Source of the DNA: a virus
Reading direction: 5' to 3' (one strand)
DNA length: 64,000 bases
IMG/VR virus record: IMGVR_UViG_3300046318_000529
Location: 4,190 to 68,189 of that record
The position numbers and the translations under genes are program-made. A model generated the notes under the pieces. It saw only the letters and a list, made by a program, of their open reading frames with translations. It was not told the DNA's origin and ran no database searches. Shown here piece after piece: positions 1-9,841 of the stretch (its first letter is position 1; each line of letters opens with the position of its first letter).

Positions 1-239
1 GATGCCGTTTGCCCAATTTAAACTGAATTACGTAGCAGTAACAGGATACAGTATCCCTGTTGTGCCTATTATAGCCCCTAGTGTTACCTTGGGTAAAGGA
101 CTGATACAAATGGACGTAAGCTACATCCCTATGGTAGCTACTACTGTAGGTTTTAGAATAAACATAACTGACTTGTGACATACATCATTGTATAAAGTAC
201 ACAAAACATCATTTATTTTGTAACAAATTGTAAACCTTC

Positions 240-268
240 TTGACATCTCCTCCCATAAAAGACATTAT
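240..268 (+). promoter_or_regulatory. sigma70-like promoter
   Basis: TTGACA-17 nt-CATTAT upstream of AAGGAG RBS and ORF at 296. Confidence 0.5.
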
Positions 269-295
269 ATCTTCACATTAAACAAAGGAGATACT

Positions 296-526
296 ATGTC
301 TTACACCAGAATCCTCAGAGCTTACACATCAGGCAAATATAAAGCATATTTGTTCACTGGCAAGCATCGATACACACTTGAGATACTGGACCTAAAAAGG
401 AAAACACTTAAAGTTCATACTTTTGATAGTAGTATGCTATCCAGTTCTCTATTTAAAGCTTCTTACCGCTTCTTCTTGCAGTACACACTGGTCAATGGTG
501 ATCAAAGGCTCAGTCATTATGTCTAA
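296..526 (+). CDS. hypothetical protein
   Basis: 76-aa ORF with strong RBS (AAAGGAG). Confidence 0.6.
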   Translation: MSYTRILRAYTSGKYKAYLFTGKHRYTLEILDLKRKTLKVHTFDSSMLSSSLFKASYRFFLQYTLVNGDQRLSHYV

Positions 527-971
527 AACAGCTTATCAACTAACCAAAGAATGGAACAAGGCTATAGGTAACCCTACAGTAGCTAAATTAGCCCTTAATC
601 ACCCCTACACCATCTTATGTGCCAACTTAATAGCAGAAGAGCAAAATGAGCTAGTAGAGGCTCTTGAGAAGCGTGACAGAAAGGAAGTAATTGATGCACT
701 AGGAGATATCACGGTGTGCGTAAACAACATGTTAATGGCACTAGGTGTAGATGGAGATGACCTAAACCAAGAGATATTTGATAGTAATTTGAGTAAATTG
801 TGTTATAATGAAGAGGATATAGCAGCTAGTATCAAGTTTTATGATGAAAAAGGAGTAAAATCACACAGTATTGAGGTGGAAAAGGGTGTTTGGGTTATAA
901 AAAACACTGAAACAGGGAAGACTTTGAAGGGTATACACTTTAAAACACCTAATTTAGATAGGTTTCGATGA
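519..971 (+). CDS. MazG-like / all-alpha NTP pyrophosphohydrolase
   Basis: EEQNEL...EVIDALGD and IFDSNLSK...GKTLKG..F motifs; ATG 519 preferred over track start 423. Confidence 0.8.
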   Translation: MSKTAYQLTKEWNKAIGNPTVAKLALNHPYTILCANLIAEEQNELVEALEKRDRKEVIDALGDITVCVNNMLMALGVDGDDLNQEIFDSNLSKLCYNEEDIAASIKFYDEKGVKSHSIEVEKGVWVIKNTETGKTLKGIHFKTPNLDRFR

Positions 972-995
972 TAAACAGCCATAAAGGGGTCTAAA

Positions 996-1109
996 ATGAA
1001 AAATAAGCGTATTTGTAACATTTGCACACTCATCTGGGTGTTAACACTTGTAATGCCCTTAATCACCATTGTAGGTGCCTATTTTTTGATTAACGGAGGG
1101 TATTTATGA
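996..1109 (+). CDS. small membrane protein (37 aa, not in ORF track)
   Basis: MKNKRICNICTLIWVLTLVMPLITIVGAYFLINGGYL; AGGGG RBS; ATGA overlap with next gene. Confidence 0.55.
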   Translation: MKNKRICNICTLIWVLTLVMPLITIVGAYFLINGGYL

Positions 1110-1678
1110 AGATAGTCGGTATTTCAGGAAAAGCTCAAGCTGGTAAGGACCTAACAGCACGGTTAATGAGAGAGTTCCTCATGGCCAAAGGTAAAAAGGT
1201 ATTGATTGTTCACTTTGCTGATAAACTTAAAGACATCGTCAAGTTCGCCTTCAATTGGGATGACGATATGGTCAATAGCAGCAAGAAGGATGAAGTAGTA
1301 GAAGGGACCAACTACACACCTAGGTGGGTGTTACAGCAATTAGGCACAGAATTCTTCAGAGAAAAGATTAATGAAGATTTTTGGGTAGATACATTGTTGA
1401 ACGAGTATAAAATGGATCACTGGGAGAATGAAGTAGGGTATGATTTTATCCTTATCCCTGATGTGAGGTTTAACTCAGAAGCCTTAAGAATCAAGGACTT
1501 AGGAGGTAAAATATTTTCAGTTGAAAGGGCTTCCCTTGAAAGCAAAGATCAGCATAGATCTGAATATCCTCTGATAAACTGTCTAGTTGATAGTAAATTG
1601 TCAAATAACGGCTCTTTCGAGTGGTTATCTAACATAGTAGAGAAAGAAGTATTAATTTTATTGGGGAAAGGGACATGA
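1106..1678 (+). CDS. deoxynucleoside monophosphate kinase
   Basis: ISGKAQAGKD P-loop, FADKLK, TPRWVLQQLGTE, DVRFNSE. Confidence 0.9.
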   Translation: MKIVGISGKAQAGKDLTARLMREFLMAKGKKVLIVHFADKLKDIVKFAFNWDDDMVNSSKKDEVVEGTNYTPRWVLQQLGTEFFREKINEDFWVDTLLNEYKMDHWENEVGYDFILIPDVRFNSEALRIKDLGGKIFSVERASLESKDQHRSEYPLINCLVDSKLSNNGSFEWLSNIVEKEVLILLGKGT

Positions 1679-1962
1679 CAGTATTATTTGAGCTAGATAT
1701 TCTCATGCTAGAAGCGTTTGTGGCACTCAAGAAGGTGGCTGAGAAGGTAGATAGGGCTAAGGAGAGGGGAGACTTAGAAGGAAGCCAAAAAGAGGCTTTA
1801 CAGATGCGTCTAGATGAGTTAGATGCTATGTTATGTGAGATACAAGATGTTGTAGAGCAAGAAGTAGAAGAGGACATAGGAAACCTCTTTGACTACATGC
1901 TTGGTGATGAAGAGGTAGCCAAACTATACGAGCCGTCAGGCCACCCTGGTGAGAAAGTATAA
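1675..1962 (+). CDS. hypothetical acidic coiled-coil protein
   Basis: ATGA-coupled ORF in operon. Confidence 0.6.
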   Translation: MTVLFELDILMLEAFVALKKVAEKVDRAKERGDLEGSQKEALQMRLDELDAMLCEIQDVVEQEVEEDIGNLFDYMLGDEEVAKLYEPSGHPGEKV

Positions 1963-2165
1963 TGAGAGATATTAACAATTTAAGTTTTATAAGTAAGGTC
2001 AGAAAGGAACTGATCTTACTTAACAAGGCTATCCCTGACTTCTCAATACTGGAACACGAGATGACCTTTACTTTTGGTGAAGTGTTGATGTTTCTCAAGG
2101 AGTTTGATAGGATTCAATCTAAACTGGAAATTTATGAGCCCTATGATGCAGGAGAAGAAGTATGA
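1962..2165 (+). CDS. hypothetical protein
   Basis: TAATG-coupled ORF. Confidence 0.55.
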   Translation: MRDINNLSFISKVRKELILLNKAIPDFSILEHEMTFTFGEVLMFLKEFDRIQSKLEIYEPYDAGEEV

Positions 2166-2386
2166 TAATCCTGGGTGGTTGTAGTATAGACCCTACACAA
2201 GTTAGTGAGGTTTTTACTAACGGGTTCCTAATAAACGTTACAATGATGGACGGTAATGTGATAGAGGTTACTTTCCCTTCAACTATGAACTATAGTGACA
2301 CTATCAAAACAGCAGAAGCTATATATCTAGCTGTAAGCCTCACTAGAGGTGAGCCTGTATCAACTTGTATCAACCTTAATTGGTAA
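2162..2386 (+). CDS. hypothetical protein
   Basis: ATGA-coupled ORF with AGGAG upstream. Confidence 0.55.
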   Translation: MIILGGCSIDPTQVSEVFTNGFLINVTMMDGNVIEVTFPSTMNYSDTIKTAEAIYLAVSLTRGEPVSTCINLNW

Positions 2387-2802
2387 TAAACCCTCACTCT
2401 ACCTCGCTCATCAGGTTATGTTTGTCTCGCTAACGCTCGCCAAACATAACCTTCTTCACTCGTACCCTTCCTGTCTACTAAATACTTTACATTATCCATT
2501 AATTTGTTAACAATTACCTTAACCTGATATGTATCAGTGTGAGTTACTACGCACGGTTCGGACCTTACCTCTCTTATGGGTGCGCCTTAGGGGATGCAAA
2601 CAAAGAAGAAGACCCAAACCACCTGTTCCATTGCAAATGAATTCCATATATAGGTGTGTTTGGTAGAAGAAGAAAGAAGTTAGTTTTCACAGTAGACTTT
2701 CTGTTCCTATTACTAGGATAAGTTTAGACACGTTAGATTTGGTGTGTTTAGGTTTGAGCCTTTTACAGATAAATGAGACAATACAATCTCAAAGAGGTCA
2801 TC

Positions 2803-2827
2803 CTCTGTATTATAGTCGACATTAATT
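2803..2827 (-). promoter_or_regulatory. putative phage RNAP promoter (leftward copy)
   Basis: Reverse complement reads AATTAATGTCGACTATAATACAGAG, identical to 2944-2968. Confidence 0.7.
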
Positions 2828-2897
2828 CGAGCCCATATAAACCAAGGCTTCCCAGCTGGTGGAAGTGTCATAGTAGGTTACTTTACCAGACCCCCTG

Positions 2898-2926
2898 TTG
2901 ACAAGCTATAATCAAGGTGTTAACAT
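2898..2926 (+). promoter_or_regulatory. sigma70-like promoter
   Basis: TTGACA-17 nt-TAACAT between the two inverted 25-mers. Confidence 0.6.
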
Positions 2927-2943
2927 TCAATTAAACAGAAAAC

Positions 2944-2968
2944 AATTAATGTCGACTATAATACAGAG
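2944..2968 (+). promoter_or_regulatory. putative phage RNAP promoter
   Basis: AATTAATGTCGACTATAATACAGAG upstream of helicase RBS; same 17-mer at 12543; resembles T7 TAATACGACTCACTATAG. Confidence 0.75.
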
Positions 2969-2993
2969 CTTACACCAAAGAGGACAAACTTAA

Positions 2994-4121
2994 ATGTCAT
3001 TGAAACTTTTCTCAGAAGATCAGCTTAAAGCCCTAGAAGCTATTTCCTCTTGGTACAAATCTAAAAGTATGGATCCTTTTAAACTTTCTGGCTTCGCGGG
3101 GTGCGGAAAGAGCACTCTAACAGCCTATTTAAGTACACACCTGGATGTACGGGTTTTGTACATGGGGCCAACAGGAAAGAGTGCGGCTGTACTTAGAAGT
3201 AAAGGGGTATTAGCAAGCACCATCCACAGTACAATTTATATTCCTGTTGTTAATACCTACAGGAGAAGGATAGACTACACCCTTAAAAATGATATGGAAG
3301 ACTCTTGTGACCTTATTGTGGTAGATGAGGCATCTATGGTTAGTGAAGACATACAAAGAGACCTAGAGTCACTAGGGCCTAAAGTTATTTACGTAGGAGA
3401 CCCTTTTCAGCTCCCTCCTGTAGGAAGCTCCACCAATCATATGGAACATGCTAATTTTACACTAAGCAAATTACACAGGTTTGCTGAGACAAACGAAATA
3501 TACCTACTCTCGCAGCGTGTAAAGGCAGGTAACAGTGTTCCCTATGGAAAGGTAGGGGATAACCTCAAAAAAGTAACTAAAGGCCTAGCTTTGCTTCCTA
3601 AGACCCTTGTTGAGGCTGATGTAGTGTTGTGTGGGATGAACAGCACCAGAAAAAGGATTAATGACATTGTAAGAAACAAGAAAAGATTCAAAAATATACT
3701 AGAAGATGGCGAGAGGGTCATTATTACCAAGAATAACAGAGAGACAGGTTTAGTCAATGGTGATATGGGTGTGATAACCAGCGTTGGCAGAGAAAGCAAG
3801 GTAGATTACCTAATTGAAGTCCAATATTTGGATGACCAGAGTGACAAGCCGAGGACATTGACGGTAGATACACATGCGTTTTATGGGGTAGATTTGGCTA
3901 AGGAGTCTCATATGTCAGATAAGAAGTTTAACATGGCTAGAGAGGCTCACAGGGTGGTTGTAGACTATGGGTACGCATTGACATGCCACAAGTCACAAGG
4001 TAGTGAGTATGATAATGTGGTTTTGATAGAAGAGCCGATAGGTGAAACAGCCCTAGATAAGGCACGTTGGCTTTATACAGCGGTTACGAGAGCAAAGAAG
4101 ACTTTACTAATAGGAAAATAA
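2994..4121 (+). CDS. Dda/RecD-like SF1B DNA helicase
   Basis: GFAGCGKS, VVDEASMV, GDPFQLPPV, YALTCHKSQGSEY, YTAVTRAK. Confidence 0.92.
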   Translation: MSLKLFSEDQLKALEAISSWYKSKSMDPFKLSGFAGCGKSTLTAYLSTHLDVRVLYMGPTGKSAAVLRSKGVLASTIHSTIYIPVVNTYRRRIDYTLKNDMEDSCDLIVVDEASMVSEDIQRDLESLGPKVIYVGDPFQLPPVGSSTNHMEHANFTLSKLHRFAETNEIYLLSQRVKAGNSVPYGKVGDNLKKVTKGLALLPKTLVEADVVLCGMNSTRKRINDIVRNKKRFKNILEDGERVIITKNNRETGLVNGDMGVITSVGRESKVDYLIEVQYLDDQSDKPRTLTVDTHAFYGVDLAKESHMSDKKFNMAREAHRVVVDYGYALTCHKSQGSEYDNVVLIEEPIGETALDKARWLYTAVTRAKKTLLIGK

Positions 4122-4124
4122 CTT

Positions 4125-4865
4125 ATGAATTTTTATGATGATGATGACTACATGTTTTGTCCTAAGTGGAAAAAATTACTACTGAAAATAGTCCCTAAAA
4201 AAATCATTTTACGCTGGAATCTGTTTTCCTACAAACACGATGCCCTTGTTTTCGCTGTAGAAAATAAAATAGAGGCCATTAAAGACGCTCTGAGGCCTAA
4301 AACTTATTACAGCATGCTTAACTGGTACCAAGATAACTTAGGTGGTGCGCGTGGCAGGATTAAGACATCCTGGGACTACGCCAAATTTGCTTGGAAAGAT
4401 TTTGACTATGACTACTCCTTCTTCCTTAAGTTAATGAAGTTCAAGTTAGATAGGATGGAAAGCAATATCAGAGAGAATGACAGACATGTAGACTCACAGG
4501 TATATGCAGACCAAATGAAACTGGTTTCAGAGTGCCTAGGACGACTGATAAACAACAACCATAATGTCATGGCTTATGAGGAGATAAACAAACACTTCCC
4601 TGGGCGCCAAATAGACATTTTTGAAAACATGAAGCGAGAGGTGCATCTAAATTCGACAGGTAAGAAGGTTGTTCTGTACAGTACTGAACACAAAGAGATG
4701 ACGGGTGACTATTATACTATGCAGAAAGAACTTAACGCCTATTATAATGACTTTATGGTGGCTGATATGCGGGTAATGTTCCATATAATGCTTCCTATGA
4801 CGTCTGGACAGAAAGAGAAGAGAGTTGGAGAGAGACACTACGGGATCTTGAGCTGGTGGGACTGA
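4125..4865 (+). CDS. hypothetical phage protein
   Basis: 246-aa ORF; WKDFDYDY and terminal SWWD typical of an uncharacterised phage family. Confidence 0.7.
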   Translation: MNFYDDDDYMFCPKWKKLLLKIVPKKIILRWNLFSYKHDALVFAVENKIEAIKDALRPKTYYSMLNWYQDNLGGARGRIKTSWDYAKFAWKDFDYDYSFFLKLMKFKLDRMESNIRENDRHVDSQVYADQMKLVSECLGRLINNNHNVMAYEEINKHFPGRQIDIFENMKREVHLNSTGKKVVLYSTEHKEMTGDYYTMQKELNAYYNDFMVADMRVMFHIMLPMTSGQKEKRVGERHYGILSWWD

Positions 4866-4889
4866 TTTAATTTAACTAGGGTAAACAGT

Positions 4890-5105
4890 ATGACAGAAAA
4901 TGAAGAGAAAATGACTTTAATTTTTCAGAACGAAGATGGAGTCCCATACACGGAAGGACTTTGCTCTCTTGACATAGATATGGAAAGTTTCCGCTGTATA
5001 GAGTACATAGCTGAAACAGAAAACATCACTTTTAGTCAGGCATTTATTAACTTAATGAAAAAGTCAGGCTTAGTTAAAGAGGAAGGTACAAATGAAGAGA
5101 AGTAG
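4890..5105 (+). CDS. hypothetical protein
   Basis: 71-aa ORF in operon. Confidence 0.55.
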   Translation: MTENEEKMTLIFQNEDGVPYTEGLCSLDIDMESFRCIEYIAETENITFSQAFINLMKKSGLVKEEGTNEEK

Positions 5106-5805
5106 AAGCAGCAAGTACCAAGAGAAGACAGAAAAAAATGAGAGTAAAAAGGTTAACTTTAGGCTAAAGGCACTTAACAGTAAGCAGGCTGAGTATATAA
5201 AACTCTTAAACACTAAAGATGTTGTTATGGCAATAGGTGTGGCCGGGACAGGGAAAAGCATGGTGGCAGCTATCCATGCTGCTGAAAAACTAGCTAATCA
5301 TGAAATAGAAAAGATAATAGTTACAAGACCTTACCTAGGAACCACAGGAACTATTGGGTTCCTAGGGGGCAGCTTAAACGAGAAGATGGCCCCAGTTTGT
5401 GCCCCTATTTTAACAGTCTTAGAGAACTGCTTAGGGAAGTCACAATATCAATATGCGCTTGATAATAAGCAAATTGAAATGGTACCAACAGAATTTTTAC
5501 GTGGCGCTTCATATAACGATTGTGTAGTCATAGCTGACGAAGCCCAGAATAACAACCAAGATACAATGAAAGCTATTTGTACTAGAATAGGATACAATTG
5601 CCAATTGGTACTAACAGGAGATGTCGTGTTCCAGTGCGATTTAGGGTCAAAAAATGATAGTGGATTAGCCTGGTTGATAAGAATGCAAGAAAAATATGGA
5701 TTAGATGAGATAGGGGTAGTCCAATTTGAAGTTGAGGATATCGTGCGCAGTGGTTTTTGTAAATCTTTTGTAAGGATGATGTATCAGGAAGGAGAGTACA
5801 AGTGA
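5092..5805 (+). CDS. phoH: PhoH family ATPase
   Basis: GVAGTGKS, IIVTRP, FLRGASY, ADEAQN, TRIG, DIVRSG. Confidence 0.93.
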   Translation: MKRSRSSKYQEKTEKNESKKVNFRLKALNSKQAEYIKLLNTKDVVMAIGVAGTGKSMVAAIHAAEKLANHEIEKIIVTRPYLGTTGTIGFLGGSLNEKMAPVCAPILTVLENCLGKSQYQYALDNKQIEMVPTEFLRGASYNDCVVIADEAQNNNQDTMKAICTRIGYNCQLVLTGDVVFQCDLGSKNDSGLAWLIRMQEKYGLDEIGVVQFEVEDIVRSGFCKSFVRMMYQEGEYK

Positions 5806-5921
5806 CAAGGTTAGTAGATTTAACAGGTGACAGATATGGGAGCTGGACAGTAGTCGAGAAATCAGACCCATCTAATTTTGTAGTGAAAGATGGCAATCTA
5901 GTGACATTAACGGTTTTTTAG
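5802..5921 (+). pseudogene. N-terminal remnant of HNH-type homing endonuclease
   Basis: 39 codons reading (M)TRLVDLTGDRYGSWTVVE..., matching the DLxGxRFG start of the intact HNH at 35243. Confidence 0.55.
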
Positions 5922-5936
5922 TTTTCAGGAGTTCAG

Positions 5937-6926
5937 ATGGACTTATTTAAAGAGAATTACGGCGGGGCATACATTTATACCCCAGAACTGGCCCCTGCCC
6001 TAGCTTTTGAAAAACAACAGTTAGATTTTCTGTGGCGTGCAGATGAGATGTTGGTAGAACAGGATAGGCACACATTACTTACACAGACAACGATAGCAGA
6101 GAAGCATGCACTTCTCACTGTTTTAAAAACTTTCACTCATTACGAGGTACGTGCAGGGAATGATTATTGGTTAGGGCGTGTTTTGAATACGTTTTCACCG
6201 ATAGAAATAAAACGTATGGCCACAATTAACGGTTTTGTAGAAAATGTATCCCATGCACCTTTTTATAATAAGATAAATGAAGTGTTATATGTTAATGATG
6301 CGTCTTTTTATAATGACTACTTAAAAGACCCTGTTCTTTCAGAGCACATGCAAGAGGTTGATAGGGCAGCTAGTGGGGAGAACCTATTATTGAGTTTAGC
6401 AACATTCAGTCTTATCGAAGGTGCTGTTTTGTACAGTAGTTTTGCTGTGTTAAAATCATTTAGGGCAAATGGATACAATAAAATGGGGGCAATAGCTAAC
6501 GGCATAAACCTGAGTGAACGTGATGAAACATTGCACAGCGCAGGAGGTGCATGGTTATACCTAACCACATTGAAATACGGAAATCTGCCAAAAAAGGATA
6601 AAATAGAGTGCGAAGAGATGTTACCACACGTTATAAAAAGATTAGTCAAGCACGAGGATCATATTATTGAATTGATTTTTGAAAAAGGTGATTTTTGTGG
6701 GTTAACGAAACTTGATGTTCAACTGTGGGTCAGAGAGCGTGTGAATTATTGTCTTAAGCAGTTACGTATGCCGTCAATGTATGATGTAGGTAAGACAAAA
6801 ATAGGAAGATGGTTTGATAGTGAGACAAAAGGGATAACTCACACCGATTTCTTTGATGGTTTACCTAAATACAGAAAAGGGTTCCCATTAGAGGGTTTTG
6901 ATTTTAGTGGATTAATAGAGGTTTAA
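5937..6926 (+). CDS. nrdB: ribonucleotide reductase class I beta subunit
   Basis: W..DE, FTHYE, ENVSHAPFY, IEGAVLYSSF, RDETLH di-metal ligands. Confidence 0.9.
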   Translation: MDLFKENYGGAYIYTPELAPALAFEKQQLDFLWRADEMLVEQDRHTLLTQTTIAEKHALLTVLKTFTHYEVRAGNDYWLGRVLNTFSPIEIKRMATINGFVENVSHAPFYNKINEVLYVNDASFYNDYLKDPVLSEHMQEVDRAASGENLLLSLATFSLIEGAVLYSSFAVLKSFRANGYNKMGAIANGINLSERDETLHSAGGAWLYLTTLKYGNLPKKDKIECEEMLPHVIKRLVKHEDHIIELIFEKGDFCGLTKLDVQLWVRERVNYCLKQLRMPSMYDVGKTKIGRWFDSETKGITHTDFFDGLPKYRKGFPLEGFDFSGLIEV

Positions 6927-6930
6927 GGTT

Positions 6931-8619
6931 ATGGATTATGAAGGATTTTCAGAACAACGTAAGTCAGGTCAAAAAAGAGGGACAGTGCCTGATTGGGTAA
7001 GTACGGCAGGTTATCAATTACTCTGCAACAAGAACTATATTGATAAAGACGAGACACTCAAGGATAGGCTTAAAAGCATTGCCTCTGTCCTTTCTCAAAA
7101 AAAATATTCAATACTACCTATTACTGAACAACGTGTTTTTGACATTCTTTGGAAGGGCTGGTATTCACTACCTACACCTGCCCTGACAAGTATTGGTAAA
7201 AATAATAAGGGTATGCCAGTAAGTTGTACTGGCAACTTAATCCCTGACAGTATTAATGGATTTTACAGCTCCTCTAAAGAGATAGCTGAGCTAACTAAGT
7301 CAGGCTTTGGTACCAGCAGTGATTTATCTGCAATAAGACCTAGAGGTACAACAACAAGTAATGGCCTAAGTGCAGCAGGGGTCATGCCTGTTGTAGAACT
7401 TATGACTCAAACTGTACAAAATGTTAGCCAAGGTAAAAATAGGTCAGGTGCATGGGCAGGATATATCACATTTGAGCATGGCGATTTCGACGAGTTCTGC
7501 CAATACATACTCCACAACCCTAAAGCTGTTAATGCAGGATTTACACGTACAGAAAGTTTCTCTAAACTAGTATCTAAAGGTGACCCAGAAGCACACAGGC
7601 GTTTGAAGATGTGGATGAAGATAAGGTTTGAAACTGGGACAGGGTATCTAGTTAAGCGTGATGTGATAAATAAAAGATGGGAGGGTTGGGGTCGTAAAGA
7701 TAGGTTCAGGGCTTCAAATTTGTGTACCGAAGTGGGTTTGCCATCACGTCAAGATTTAAGCTACACTTGTGTATTGAGCAGTATAAACATAGCTAAATAT
7801 GATGAGTGGTCTAAAGATGACATGTTTCTACATGACTCTTTTATTATGCTTAACGCAATAAATGAACTGTTTACTGATATGGCCACCAAAGCAGGTTGGA
7901 GGGATAACCTTGAACTTGCCCGTACATTGAAATTTGCGAAAGAGTACCGTGCTGTTGGTATGGGGGTGTTAGGTTACCATACCTACTTACAATCTAAGTC
8001 TATACCGTTTTCAGAACAAGAAAAACTCAATAAGCAACTGTTTCAAAAAATACAGTCAGCAGGTGAAATGGTAAGTCGTGGAATATATCAAAGTACAGGA
8101 CTCTCAGCAGTAGATACACCTGGGAGATATAATTATGCACTCTGTGCAGTCGCCCCTACTTTAAGCACAAGCTTAATACAAGGAGGTGTGTCTCAGGGGA
8201 TAGAGCCGGTATTCAGTAATGCCTACACTCAAGCTATGGCAGGTGGCACTGTGAACAGGGTCAACCCAATATTGTTACACCTACTTAAAAGTAAAGGTAA
8301 AGGACAGCAACCTATTCTTGATGACATTGTTGAGCATGATGGAAGTGTCCAGCATTTGGATTGGCTATCAGACCATGAAAGGAGTGTATTCAAAACAGGA
8401 TTTGAAATTGATCAAATGCAGATAATAAGACACGCATCAGCTAGGCAACCCTATATTGATCAAATGCAATCTATAAACCTGTTCAATTGTAATGATCAGA
8501 AATATATGTCTGATGTACACTCATACGCTTGGTCTAATGACAATATACACAGTTTATACTACCTACACCCAAGTGATAAGGTTAGGCCTGTTCCTAGATG
8601 TGAGTCTTGCGAAGGTTGA
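6931..8619 (+). CDS. nrdA: ribonucleotide reductase class I alpha subunit (no ATP cone)
   Basis: PVSC, SNLCTE, APTLSTS, GIEP, IDQMQSINL, SLYY, C-terminal CESCEG. Confidence 0.93.
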   Translation: MDYEGFSEQRKSGQKRGTVPDWVSTAGYQLLCNKNYIDKDETLKDRLKSIASVLSQKKYSILPITEQRVFDILWKGWYSLPTPALTSIGKNNKGMPVSCTGNLIPDSINGFYSSSKEIAELTKSGFGTSSDLSAIRPRGTTTSNGLSAAGVMPVVELMTQTVQNVSQGKNRSGAWAGYITFEHGDFDEFCQYILHNPKAVNAGFTRTESFSKLVSKGDPEAHRRLKMWMKIRFETGTGYLVKRDVINKRWEGWGRKDRFRASNLCTEVGLPSRQDLSYTCVLSSINIAKYDEWSKDDMFLHDSFIMLNAINELFTDMATKAGWRDNLELARTLKFAKEYRAVGMGVLGYHTYLQSKSIPFSEQEKLNKQLFQKIQSAGEMVSRGIYQSTGLSAVDTPGRYNYALCAVAPTLSTSLIQGGVSQGIEPVFSNAYTQAMAGGTVNRVNPILLHLLKSKGKGQQPILDDIVEHDGSVQHLDWLSDHERSVFKTGFEIDQMQIIRHASARQPYIDQMQSINLFNCNDQKYMSDVHSYAWSNDNIHSLYYLHPSDKVRPVPRCESCEG

Positions 8620-8627
8620 TGGTCAAC

Positions 8628-8654
8628 ACTAACCCTACTTTTTGTTAGGGTTAG
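8628..8654 (+). terminator. stem-loop after nrdA
   Basis: CTAACCCTA / TAGGGTTAG inverted repeat; weak U-tract. Confidence 0.4.
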
Positions 8655-8683
8655 TTGTCACTTAATATTCAGGAGGTGCGGGT

Positions 8684-9841
8684 TTGAAGATCTCTAAAAA
8701 GGAAAATAGGGCAAACCTTAATATCATGGCGTTTTACGGTAACGATGATGTTTTTTATTTATCTCGATCTTTTTCTGAGGGTTTTTGTAAGAAACCAAGC
8801 AATAATAGTAGAAAAGTCAGGAGAATAACTGACCTTATCCTTTTGTTAATTTCCAATGGCCTATACCACTATCCAGAACCTTTCGGTATTTCAATTTCCT
8901 CTGGTGTGACGTTAAAAGGACAACAATACTCATCTTTTGTGCTCAGGAAAGTTGTTAATTACTTAGTGAAAAGGGAGGTTATAAACTATAAGAAAGGTTA
9001 TAGCTTCAAAGGTAATGTACAAAATTCACAAATAGTCCTTGTTCCTTCTTTTCTTAAGAGTTACAAAGAGGAACTAGCTACGGCTAAACAAGATAAAGGA
9101 ACTAGGCGTGTATTTATTAGGGACAAGAACAAAGAGGACATGTTTAAGGAATACAATGACAACACTTTCATGTCTCAGGTTTTTCTTAACAAATACGAGG
9201 ACTTCCTGATAAGTAACAATGTTCTACTAGATGGACTGCCACTTACTGTATCACCTATCTATCGGATTTTTAATGGAGATGAAGATCACGGAGGAAGGCT
9301 ATATGGGAAGTGGACTAACCTACCTAAAGAGACAAGGAAAAGGATTACAATAGGAGGAGAAGGCCTGGCAGAAATTGACTTGAAAGCTTGTACATTGTCA
9401 ATAGCTTGTCATCTTAATGGTATAGAATTAGATAGAGATCCTTACGATTTTGGTGTAAAAAGAGATGTAGCTAAAAAGGCTATGATAATAATGTTTTACT
9501 CTCAGACAGAAATCAGGGCTAAGAGGGCTATAGCAGGGTTAGGAGCAGTTAACGGATTTAAAAAGGGAGAGCTCTTCACCAAGTGTGTTAACCACTTAGA
9601 AGAGAAGGGACTTAAAGGGATAATGATGAAGGGTGAAGGATTGTCCTACATTAAGAAAGAGTCTGATTTTTGTATTGACGTAGTTAATACTTGTATTGAG
9701 CAAAAGGTTGTGGTACTTTCAATACACGATGCTTTCCTGTGCAGGGTTAGCGATGTGGATAAACTGCAAAATAACATAGATATAACCTACTTAAAATGTT
9801 TTAAAAGGCTACCCGAATGTCACAGAATGTTGTTAGATTGA
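8684..9841 (+). CDS. uncharacterised protein with family A polymerase-like palm motifs
   Basis: GGRLY, EIDLKAC (motif A-like), RDVAKKAM (motif B-like), SIHDAF (motif C-like); AGGAGG RBS with TTG start. Confidence 0.65.
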   Translation: MKISKKENRANLNIMAFYGNDDVFYLSRSFSEGFCKKPSNNSRKVRRITDLILLLISNGLYHYPEPFGISISSGVTLKGQQYSSFVLRKVVNYLVKREVINYKKGYSFKGNVQNSQIVLVPSFLKSYKEELATAKQDKGTRRVFIRDKNKEDMFKEYNDNTFMSQVFLNKYEDFLISNNVLLDGLPLTVSPIYRIFNGDEDHGGRLYGKWTNLPKETRKRITIGGEGLAEIDLKACTLSIACHLNGIELDRDPYDFGVKRDVAKKAMIIMFYSQTEIRAKRAIAGLGAVNGFKKGELFTKCVNHLEEKGLKGIMMKGEGLSYIKKESDFCIDVVNTCIEQKVVVLSIHDAFLCRVSDVDKLQNNIDITYLKCFKRLPECHRMLLD

